DNA of 64,000 nt from a virus (lineage: Duplodnaviria > Caudoviricetes). The stretch is from IMG/VR virus record IMGVR_UViG_3300029288_000153, positions 1 to 64,000 of that record. One strand, 5' to 3'. A model generated the notes under the pieces. The model made no database searches, was not told the DNA's origin, and saw nothing but the letters and a program-made list of their open reading frames with translations. Made by a program: the position numbers and the translations under genes. How positions within the stretch are numbered: the first letter of the stretch is position 1; every line of letters starts with the position of its first letter. Below, in pieces: positions 9,065-17,066 of this stretch.

Positions 9065-10826
9065 CGAACCACCCCGTCACGTCTAGGCCTTTCGACATGG
9101 CTTCAGCCACCAACATGTCGCCTTGGTCCGTGTGCACCTTCTGGGATTTCAGCACCCGTCGACTCGTTCCATCTTCCATCTCCACGTCCAGCTGCTCTAC
9201 CTCACCGCCGAGGAGAATAGACCGATCCGCGCTATCGTTGTCGATGTCGGGCATCGAGTTGCCTCGAATACGCGTGGTGGTCAGAAATCGCTCCATCGAT
9301 AATCCATAGCGCAGAGGGTTGATATGGGTAATACCTAATAGATATGACAGCAATACTCCACCTGCAGAGCCGCGAGCCATGCCGGTCAGTAATCCATTCT
9401 TTTCGTACAGGTCTGCCACCTCATGGCAAACAAAAAAGTAAGGCAGCAGATCGATGACCCCATTTTTATGTATCATCGTGATTTCTTTGGTCAATCTCGC
9501 GCGCCACTCAGCGTTATCCCACCTCATTCGCCCCACCTGTCGGATCAGCTCCATGGTGTGCTTGAGGGTGTCGGTGGGGTAGAAGTGGGCGGGCAACTGC
9601 TTGCGGGCCTGCCACTTCCAACCAAACTTCCCCGCCCAGGCGTAGCTGTTCTCCACCCACCCCTCAAACTCTTTTTGGGTGGTGTGTAGATACTCCTGGA
9701 AATGTCCGAAGGCGTCCAAGGAGGATTGGCGATCATATGTCTCCGACATCCTCCATGAATCCCCACCACTCATCAAACGTACGTCCTGGACCGGCTTGTC
9801 TGCAGGATAGGCCAAGTGGGCATCTTCGCTACACAGTACCGGATCCCCGTACTTATGAGCCAGCCCCAACATAAACTGGTTCATGCCCGTCTGTAGGGCT
9901 CCATCGGGGGCCAGAGGGGAACACTCATTGGCCACATAGCCCTCCACCGACTTGACACTTACGATCTCGTAGGCTTCCGGTAAGTCTTGCCAGGTATTGT
10001 AGTTTTTGGTGGCCGTCAGGGTGGCGGTGGCCGACCCGCGCCCCGAGATTATTTTGGTCCATAGTCGCGCGAACTCGTCAGCGGCCCCCTCCCATACCTC
10101 TCCGCCAGCTAGTGTGATTCGGAGCTTCTTGCCTGTCCAGAATCTTAGAGGGTCCGTCTTGTTGGCGGGTTGAAAAAACACCCCCTTGACCCAATTGGTA
10201 TTGCACCTATGGGGCATCACCTCAACCATCCAGTTGCCGGGACGCACTATACCTCGCAGAGCGGCGTAGTAGGCTTCGGCGATATCGGCCCGCCCCAACA
10301 GTAGACTACGGCCGATGATGCCAACCAGACACCCCGACCCTACCGTGATATTTTGCCCACATAGCTCTTCAAGCTGTCGCCAATTCCATAGAGGCTTACG
10401 CTCTGATCCATGTCGCTCAGCCCGCTGCTCAGCTGCGCTGGATAGTCGACACATGGTCTCATAGGCCTGTTGGTCGGCAGCATGAATGGTTAAGTGTCCG
10501 TATTTATGGTACGACGCGTAGGTGCCTTTGTCGTCCTTGGGTATCCCGAACTTAGGCAATATCGGATCGTCGTCGTCGGACCTATAATAGATCTCTTGCC
10601 CCAGTATGCTGATTAGATTATTTTTTTGGGCCAGAGCGTATACGGTGGGGCAGTTAGCTAGTGTGCCGTGGTCCGTGCAGGTGGTATACCCGGTCCCCAG
10701 CTCTATCTCGCGCCGCATAAAAGCGTCGGGCGTAGAAGCGGTGTCTAGTGATCCTTGATGGACGTGTGGCGACACGAAATTTCTCATATTAGTTTTGGTC
10801 GTCCGATTAAGGGGTATACGGGTCAC
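9054..10826 (-). CDS. dnaE: DNA polymerase III alpha (DnaE), N-terminal part (PHP + start of palm); probable start 10787
   Basis: PHVH, TDHG, HLTI, SEDAH (PHP); ARGSAGG, LGITHINP, ERFL, SMPDIDND. Confidence 0.93.
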   Translation of the reverse strand: MTRIPLNRTTKTNMRNFVSPHVHQGSLDTASTPDAFMRREIELGTGYTTCTDHGTLANCPTVYALAQKNNLISILGQEIYYRSDDDDPILPKFGIPKDDKGTYASYHKYGHLTIHAADQQAYETMCRLSSAAEQRAERHGSERKPLWNWRQLEELCGQNITVGSGCLVGIIGRSLLLGRADIAEAYYAALRGIVRPGNWMVEVMPHRCNTNWVKGVFFQPANKTDPLRFWTGKKLRITLAGGEVWEGAADEFARLWTKIISGRGSATATLTATKNYNTWQDLPEAYEIVSVKSVEGYVANECSPLAPDGALQTGMNQFMLGLAHKYGDPVLCSEDAHLAYPADKPVQDVRLMSGGDSWRMSETYDRQSSLDAFGHFQEYLHTTQKEFEGWVENSYAWAGKFGWKWQARKQLPAHFYPTDTLKHTMELIRQVGRMRWDNAEWRARLTKEITMIHKNGVIDLLPYFFVCHEVADLYEKNGLLTGMARGSAGGVLLSYLLGITHINPLRYGLSMERFLTTTRIRGNSMPDIDNDSADRSILLGGEVEQLDVEMEDGTSRRVLKSQKVHTDQGDMLVAEAMSKGLDVTGWFDEN

Positions 10827-10911
10827 CGCATGTACGTCTCACTCGACTGGACCGTGAGCAGGTCATTATACCCCCATCATCCCCTATCATATGATAACAC
10901 GCCCCCAAAAG

Positions 10912-10929
10912 CTCACTGTCTCACTCGAC
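10912..10929 (+). repeat. 18-bp direct repeat CTCACTGTCTCACTCGAC, copy 1
   Basis: Identical to 11513-11530; partial third copy at 10836-10852. Confidence 0.8.
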
Positions 10930-10943
10930 TGGACTGCTAGTGG

Positions 10944-11459
10944 TCACCGGAGTTCGTCGATAAGTATGTAGACCCGACCAAGAATCGTCTCGAACTCGTC
11001 GTTGTCGGGCAACGAGGTGGCATGGTGCAATAACTCGTGAGCAAAGGCGGTCTCGGCGCCACGCGTGGGAGCAAAATCCGTGTAGTCCTGCAAGTCCTCT
11101 GACCATTCATGTTGCCAACCGGCCGACACCTCTATCCATGGATGGTCCTATCCGCTGTGATGATAGCACCCATAAGCCCTAGTGCCGCCGCAATCAAGTA
11201 CGCCGTACGACCATAGGACCACCACCGGGGTGGGGAGGGGGTAGCCGACGACCTGCTCGACGACCTGCTGGATAGCTGCTATGTCGGCGTCGAAATCCTC
11301 GGTCCCAACCCATTCGGGGGCCCCAGAGTCAATCCAAGTACCGACTTGAGGGGTAGACTGGTAGTCGGCCGTGGGGGCTGCATCCGGCTCTCGACCACAC
11401 CCAGCAACCAACACGAAGGCGACGAGGATTAGATTGGAGATATTTTTATAGGCGATCAT
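10944..11459 (-). pseudogene. Lipoprotein with zincin HELLH motif, interrupted by one in-frame TAG at 11148-11150
   Basis: Lipobox LVAG-C; ORFs 11148..11459 and 10944..11129 share a frame (…CYHHSG*DHPWIEVSAGW…AFAHELLH). Confidence 0.7.
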
Positions 11460-11465
11460 GACAGT

Positions 11466-11494
11466 AGTATATCACCATCTCCTTGTGTGGTCAA
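11466..11494 (-). promoter_or_regulatory. sigma70 promoter TTGACC-N17-TATACT
   Basis: Near-consensus -35/-10, 17-nt spacer, TG extension, directly upstream of the lipoprotein start. Confidence 0.75.
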
Positions 11495-11508
11495 GGTCTT
11501 AGTCTTTG

Positions 11509-11784
11509 CTATCTCACTGTCTCACTCGACGGCCTATCTACGATGCGCCCCAACAGGCAGCGCATTTCTTGCAGGATCTCCTGGGCTCTCGCGCCCGATA
11601 TCCCCACGTGCTGCTTAAGTACGTAATATTTTTCGTACGATCGCTCGTACAACTCCAACCACCCCAATACTCGATACGCAAAATCTCGCTCGATCACGGT
11701 CGGCAAGGTGTGGACGTACTCGGCCGCCCGCCTGAGGCATACCAGATGATGGGCCGCGGTCATATTTTGAGCAGCGAGGGTCAT
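11509..11784 (-). CDS. Hypothetical protein
   Basis: 91-aa ORF, ATGA overlap with upstream gene. Confidence 0.6.
   Translation of the reverse strand: MTLAAQNMTAAHHLVCLRRAAEYVHTLPTVIERDFAYRVLGWLELYERSYEKYYVLKQHVGISGARAQEILQEMRCLLGRIVDRPSSETVR
11513..11530 (+). repeat. 18-bp direct repeat CTCACTGTCTCACTCGAC, copy 2
   Basis: Identical to 10912-10929. Confidence 0.8.
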
Positions 11785-12083
11785 CTGCGGGGCTCCCGTA
11801 CCTTAGATATAGCTTTGGCGTTTTTTATGCAGGTGTTTATTTTATTGGTCGCCGCCGTCGTACAAGATCTGATACACGCTCGCCCCACTTCGTTTTTCCT
11901 CGCTGGGGCCGCCGAGCTGCTAATTAGATCCCGATAGGCATCAGCGCATTCGGATATGCACGTCTCGTTGTCTCCCACCGCCCTGTCGACACATCGTTGG
12001 GCGTAGTCGACCGCCGCGGAGGCGTAGATCGCCGACGGAATCAAATAGGCTATTAAGAGGAAGAGGATAAGGAATCGGCTCAT
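11781..12083 (-). CDS. Small secreted cysteine-rich protein
   Basis: Probable start MSRFLILFLLIAYLIPSAIYASA (signal peptide) followed by six Cys including two CxxxC pairs. Confidence 0.6.
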   Translation of the reverse strand: MSRFLILFLLIAYLIPSAIYASAAVDYAQRCVDRAVGDNETCISECADAYRDLISSSAAPARKNEVGRACIRSCTTAATNKINTCIKNAKAISKVREPRR

Positions 12084-12223
12084 GAGGTAGGTGATGGTAT
12101 ATTTGGTCGTCGTGTGAATCGTCACCGCTTCGATGGTGGGGCAGTGTCTCGATGTATCTCTTCCTGCAGAAAACCAGAACATAACACTACTGTAACACAA
12201 ACACCTGACTTCGTCAACAGGTA

Positions 12224-13027
12224 TTACGTGCTGATTAGTTTTTGGGTGGCCTCGGAGTGCTTTACTACCACGCCGACCGGCCGGCCAGTAAGCGCAAAAT
12301 GCGCGTCTTTGCCGGGCTTCAGTGTCGCGGTGAGCTTGACGGTGGCACCGCGCAGGGCGTCTAATCTACCATTGGGGCCGCACGGCATCGAGTCGAGCAG
12401 GGCCGCCGGAACGGTGCCCCAGGCTAGCCAGATGCCGTCGCCGCATGGCACCTTAACCGTCATCTTGTAGGCGGTTCCGTATGGGGTGTCATAGGCCTTA
12501 GCCGACACCACCACCCCCAAAAAAGTTTGTCGGCCAGTACCGACAGGAGCCACCACCAGTTTCTCGGGGGGTCGCCTTGACTCCTCCGCTAACCTGAGTA
12601 CTAGCGCGATCTGGCGATTTGTGATCTTGCGATACTTAGCAAATCGCACCGCGATGTCGCGGACGATAGGGTGATCGACACATAGGGCGTCTTGTAGCCC
12701 CGGGTTTTGGTCTAGTATACTCTGGCGCTCGACTTCAAGGCGCTCTTCGCGCTCAGCGCTGAGCGCCGCCTTCTTGGTTGCCATCTCATCGTTTTTGTGC
12801 CTACGACGAATCGCTTTAATCTCCGACTTGAGTCCAAAATCTCCGGTCTTATAGACACAGTCGCATCCTACCTTAAACTGTCTATGATCAGTAGAGAGGA
12901 TCAAGTAGATATTCTTAATGCTCGTACCGCAATAATCACAAGATGTCCTCCCCTTATCGAACCCGACCACACGAAAAGGGGCTTCACCGAGGCCGGCTTG
13001 CGAAAAGGGATGGGGGCGGTCGATCAT
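12224..13027 (-). CDS. Hypothetical Zn-finger protein with C-terminal OB-like region
   Basis: CDYCG...VGCDCV; own promoter upstream. Confidence 0.7.
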   Translation of the reverse strand: MIDRPHPFSQAGLGEAPFRVVGFDKGRTSCDYCGTSIKNIYLILSTDHRQFKVGCDCVYKTGDFGLKSEIKAIRRRHKNDEMATKKAALSAEREERLEVERQSILDQNPGLQDALCVDHPIVRDIAVRFAKYRKITNRQIALVLRLAEESRRPPEKLVVAPVGTGRQTFLGVVVSAKAYDTPYGTAYKMTVKVPCGDGIWLAWGTVPAALLDSMPCGPNGRLDALRGATVKLTATLKPGKDAHFALTGRPVGVVVKHSEATQKLIST

Positions 13028-13033
13028 GAGATT

Positions 13034-13062
13034 AATATACGCTACCCATACGAGAATGTCAA
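13034..13062 (-). promoter_or_regulatory. sigma70 promoter TTGACA-N17-TATATT
   Basis: Perfect -35, 17-nt spacer. Confidence 0.75.
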
Positions 13063-13130
13063 GAGGCGTGTTGGCCGCTATTTTGGGGGTGATTTACTGT
13101 CTCGTTTAGGTGGAATGTGAACAGGGATTA

Positions 13131-13481
13131 TTAACCGCCAGTAACAAACGGACGCAGGGCGGTCCAGATGGCGTCTAGCTCATCATTCGACGCCTTACCC
13201 AACTTGACTCGATCTATTGCGTCGTCTATACGCACGACACGCCAGACTCGATTAATTTTGGTTTGACGTAGTATTTTATCCACGACCTCAACAGTGAACG
13301 GACATATCGTCATCGACCTGTCTAGTGTATATTTACTGAGCCTGATCTTGCCGGTTGGCGTGATTTTTGTAACGACGTCGCGACTGTACCAAGCATCTCC
13401 TGTCCGTGTCGTATTCGATATCGCCACTGCATCCCCGACCTTCAAGTTCTTTAGCCACTCACATCGCTCTGTATCAGTCAT
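13131..13481 (-). CDS. Hypothetical protein
   Basis: 116-aa ORF with SH3-like start (LKVGDAVAI). Confidence 0.65.
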   Translation of the reverse strand: MTDTERCEWLKNLKVGDAVAISNTTRTGDAWYSRDVVTKITPTGKIRLSKYTLDRSMTICPFTVEVVDKILRQTKINRVWRVVRIDDAIDRVKLGKASNDELDAIWTALRPFVTGG

Positions 13482-13547
13482 GACTATGATATATCACACC
13501 TCGGTATAGAAGTCAACCAGACCATAGGGCGAGTCACAACACTCCAC

Positions 13548-13781
13548 CTACCCAGAAACACAGTCCTCCGATATCATACCCCGAATCTTTCCGACCACTG
13601 TCCGGTACTGCGACTCAACCCAGTCGGATGTTTCGCCTAGCCCTTTGGCGATCATGACGGTGGGGAGTCCGTCGGGGAATTTTTGGATCGCCTCATCGAC
13701 ACTATAATGATAACGCCGAAGGAATACGTAGTCGGTTTCTTGGCGGATCATTTGTCGCTGTTCTTCTGTTATGGTGGCCAT
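13548..13781 (-). CDS. Small hypothetical, possibly HTH
   Basis: 77 aa, RBS GAGGGGG; IAKGLGETSDWVES...KIR pattern. Confidence 0.6.
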   Translation of the reverse strand: MATITEEQRQMIRQETDYVFLRRYHYSVDEAIQKFPDGLPTVMIAKGLGETSDWVESQYRTVVGKIRGMISEDCVSG

Positions 13782-13800
13782 ATTGCCCCCTCAGTCGCTA

Positions 13801-14220
13801 TTATACAACGTTACTTGTAGGACGCTGTGTCCAGCGTTCCAAGGGCACATCGATGATTTCGCCTAATCCTAGTGATTTTGGGCATATATCTTGCAAGTGC
13901 TTTTCGGCAATGGCGAAATGTTCTCGTCTCGCCCGAACTTCGATGGTGGTGGTATTATATAGTTGCCTCGCTGATGTGATTTGTGCACGGTAGCTCCTAC
14001 GTCTCTCCGCTGCCGCCGCGTACTCGGGCAGAGATACCACACATCCCTCGTCACAACACCGCACCATCTGCCTCTGCTGTGCGGTTTGCTGATCGACTAG
14101 GTGGACCAAGGCATCGATCTGATTTTTGGCTTTCGCCGCCCGCCCTTCTACTTCGACTAGCGCGGCCGAGAGGGTGTCAACTGTTTTTTTAATCTTAGCA
14201 ATATGGTCGATTTCAATCAT
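13801..14220 (-). CDS. Hypothetical coiled-coil protein
   Basis: 139-aa ORF with promoter TGA-TATACT at 14227-14235. Confidence 0.6.
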   Translation of the reverse strand: MIEIDHIAKIKKTVDTLSAALVEVEGRAAKAKNQIDALVHLVDQQTAQQRQMVRCCDEGCVVSLPEYAAAAERRRSYRAQITSARQLYNTTTIEVRARREHFAIAEKHLQDICPKSLGLGEIIDVPLERWTQRPTSNVV

Positions 14221-14270
14221 GATCGTAGTATATCATGCCTTAATAGCCTCAGTTAACCGAACCGTCATAT

Positions 14271-15572
14271 CTAAAACTCGCCGTTCCAAGGTCGGATGAT
14301 TTTATCTAATGCAGCTGCTTGATCTTGTTTTGGTCCGACCTGAACAAATCGACTGTCTCCTACCAAGAAGTCTGGTGTACTCTCAATCAGATACTGGCCA
14401 TTGCGGCTCGATGGATGCGCGATACTGACCGTAAAAGGATCTGGAGGAATCAGACATCCGTTGGTGCACAGGGCACCTGTGGCCGGGTAAGATAGCATCC
14501 CGACGTGTCCGTGTCCCACAATAAATAAGCGATATGACTCCTTGCCTCGCTGGGTTTCGCCGTCGTTGATGGCCAGCATCTGTGACTCTAGGTGTTCGGT
14601 GTTAAGCGATCTCCCTACGTTGCCTACACTCAGGCAAGTATCGCCGTGGGTAGCGTATACACGCTGTCCGGCGAACGGCGAATATTCCACGAAAGGTGTG
14701 CGAGGAATTTCAACTGTGACGTTATCAATATGAGCCAACGCGGCTTTGATAGCGATGTAGATGTGGGTCGCAAAACTATCCCATTTGTCGTTGATTGCTC
14801 GATCGGCGTGTACGCCGGGGTTCCGGTCGTGATTGCCGGAGGAGCACAAAATCGCTACCGATCGGTACTGGCTCCCTAGAATTACAAACACCTGATATAG
14901 CAACCAAACAGCGTCAGCCACCTGCTCGGCTAGTTTCGCTCCACTGGCAGATGCGTGAATCAACCCCTTAATCAGATCCCCCAGTAGTAACACAGTCAAC
15001 TTGGTCTGTTTCCGGTAATCTCGCTTGAACTCACATACACTCTTAGTCACCCATGCCAGGCGACGCGCCTCCTCGACGGCGCCAAAGCGATGCGGTACCT
15101 CTCTGGGGTCCAAGTTGGATCCCAGATGTAGATCGGATAGTACCAAGGTGACCATCCTCTGTACACTGTCTTTTGGTGCTCTTTTAACACTATACCCAAA
15201 GGCCTTTGGTGCGTGTTTCGTGAACATCCGATTCATCAAATCTTCTAGCCGCGACAAAAACAGATCTTGGCTAGCCAGAGCGTTAATGGCCGATTTGCCG
15301 ATTTTGGCCATTTCCTTGAGTTCTAGCTTCTGTATTGTGTTTACAGACGGCACCGAGGTAAAGAAAGCACTCTTGATAGCGTTGAATCCGCCAATAGAGG
15401 TAACGTATGTCGAGAGTTCACGTAGAGCAGACGTATCAAACGCCTGTTCGGCCCGTAGCCATGTGCGAAACACCCCGTACGGCAAATCGACTGGCTGAAT
15501 TTGTTTTCGGACACAGCACTGCGCCATCAGTCCTACTAGTTTTGTGGTCGTATCCGAAATAATTTTTGACAT
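14271..15572 (-). CDS. Calcineurin-like metallophosphoesterase
   Basis: SDLHLG, GDLIKG, GNHDR, THGD, GHGH motifs. Confidence 0.85.
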   Translation of the reverse strand: MSKIISDTTTKLVGLMAQCCVRKQIQPVDLPYGVFRTWLRAEQAFDTSALRELSTYVTSIGGFNAIKSAFFTSVPSVNTIQKLELKEMAKIGKSAINALASQDLFLSRLEDLMNRMFTKHAPKAFGYSVKRAPKDSVQRMVTLVLSDLHLGSNLDPREVPHRFGAVEEARRLAWVTKSVCEFKRDYRKQTKLTVLLLGDLIKGLIHASASGAKLAEQVADAVWLLYQVFVILGSQYRSVAILCSSGNHDRNPGVHADRAINDKWDSFATHIYIAIKAALAHIDNVTVEIPRTPFVEYSPFAGQRVYATHGDTCLSVGNVGRSLNTEHLESQMLAINDGETQRGKESYRLFIVGHGHVGMLSYPATGALCTNGCLIPPDPFTVSIAHPSSRNGQYLIESTPDFLVGDSRFVQVGPKQDQAAALDKIIRPWNGEF

Positions 15573-15672
15573 ACGCTACCTCCGTTGGTGTAGTGATGTA
15601 CTGTAGATTCTCATCGCAACATTGTAACTGCTAGTAGATGTTGCATGAATCATTTCAAGAGGCTATTCGTGT

Positions 15673-16206
15673 TTATTCCGGAGTTGCGGATGTTGCTTCT
15701 GTCAATGCCTTGGCCTTCGAGACAGCGGCAACCTCTTGCTGGTACTCGACCGCTCGCGCTTTATCAACCCGGTAGATCTCGGTAACGGTCAATGTGGCGT
15801 TATTGTGTTCTACAACATCCCCAACCCTTTTACCCACAAACTTGCCGCGAATATCGGCGGCGATGGCGCGTACCTCGAACTGAGCGCGACGTGTCTTGCT
15901 GTCGGCCCCCACATCGGCACCAACTATCAATGTATCTTCGGTTGACTCTTCGACAGGCTGAAGTACTCCAGCGTCCGCAAGCAACTTGACCCCATTCCCC
16001 ATCTCCGTTTCCTGCTGGTCTTGTCGTTCTTGTCGCAGCCGTAGAATCTCAGCAGTAACCGACTCTTCGCCAAGTAGACTGACGATGGCGGTGAGGACCT
16101 CTACATTGGCGGCCATTGCCTGGCGAACCTCGAACGCCTGAGCGTCTAATTGACCAACAGCCTTCTGCAACTCCTGATATGACTGACGTAGCTTCTTCTC
16201 TTGCAT
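15673..16206 (-). CDS. Hypothetical: N-terminal coiled coil + GreA/B C-terminal-like domain
   Basis: FVGKRVGDVVE....LTVTEIY resembles the GreA C-terminal LLGKKVGD motif. Confidence 0.5.
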   Translation of the reverse strand: MQEKKLRQSYQELQKAVGQLDAQAFEVRQAMAANVEVLTAIVSLLGEESVTAEILRLRQERQDQQETEMGNGVKLLADAGVLQPVEESTEDTLIVGADVGADSKTRRAQFEVRAIAADIRGKFVGKRVGDVVEHNNATLTVTEIYRVDKARAVEYQQEVAAVSKAKALTEATSATPE

Positions 16207-16231
16207 AGTGACTCCTTTGTGGTTTATTGTA

Positions 16232-16972
16232 TTACTGCGTTAACATTGATGCGCCTTCACCATCTATCACTGTCCCTTGCGTCGCTGCCTGCTCCTGGGC
16301 TTTTTGCGCCATCACAGCACTCATCCCGAGGCCCTGCGGCATCCGATACCTTTTAGGTGGCGGGGGTGACGGACGGTTGGCGGCGCTGTCGACGTCGGTT
16401 TTTTTGCGAGGTCGGCCCACCCTACGAACAACCGGGGACGGTGGTGGTGGTTGCGGTGGTTGCGAAGGTGTTATCTGGGGTAGTGGCCGTGAGAGCGATA
16501 CTAAAGGTGCCCTCTGCACGTATGTGGGACGCGTATTTACCTGTCGGCTAATAGGCGGTGCTGATAAATTTTGGGGCTCAACGGGGACGGGTTGTGACTC
16601 GTCACGAGACAACATCTTTTGGGCTAATAGTTTTAGTGCCCCCACTTCTTCGGCCGTGAATGATTCATTTTGAGTGGGGGTTTCTCCGAAAATTTCGTCG
16701 ATACGACGCTGCGCGTAGTTCCAGATTTCATCCTGCACCTGGTTGGCGTAATTATCGCTATCCTCCCCGAATAGCGGTGAGTTCAGTATTTCTTCGTAAT
16801 ATTGGGCCATTCGTAGTCGCTGCTCGACCTTATTATTGCGCCGCCTTGTACGTAGCCGTGTCGGTGCGGTTACAGGCGGTCCGGTGACCGCAGGAGCCGA
16901 TATATATTGCGGATCTTCATACGCGTCTTCCGGCGGCCCCCAGCCCGTCGGTCCATAGCCGTTATTTGACAT
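16232..16972 (-). CDS. Hypothetical Pro-rich protein with AT-hook-like VGRPRKK
   Basis: Probable start MSNNGY at 16972 (ORF track 16232..17005). Confidence 0.6.
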   Translation of the reverse strand: MSNNGYGPTGWGPPEDAYEDPQYISAPAVTGPPVTAPTRLRTRRRNNKVEQRLRMAQYYEEILNSPLFGEDSDNYANQVQDEIWNYAQRRIDEIFGETPTQNESFTAEEVGALKLLAQKMLSRDESQPVPVEPQNLSAPPISRQVNTRPTYVQRAPLVSLSRPLPQITPSQPPQPPPPSPVVRRVGRPRKKTDVDSAANRPSPPPPKRYRMPQGLGMSAVMAQKAQEQAATQGTVIDGEGASMLTQ

Positions 16973-17066
16973 GATTAGCCCCTTTCTACTACGCCTCACT
17001 GTCATGAACAGATTATTATGTCATATCAGTATGATAACACGACGAAGTGTCAGTGTGCATATATAT

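Noticed and set aside
801-11150. Genome-wide TAG reassignment (alternative genetic code)
   Set aside because: Conserved genes (recA with a double TAG, dnaE-C, groEL) end properly at TAG; only one gene is interrupted
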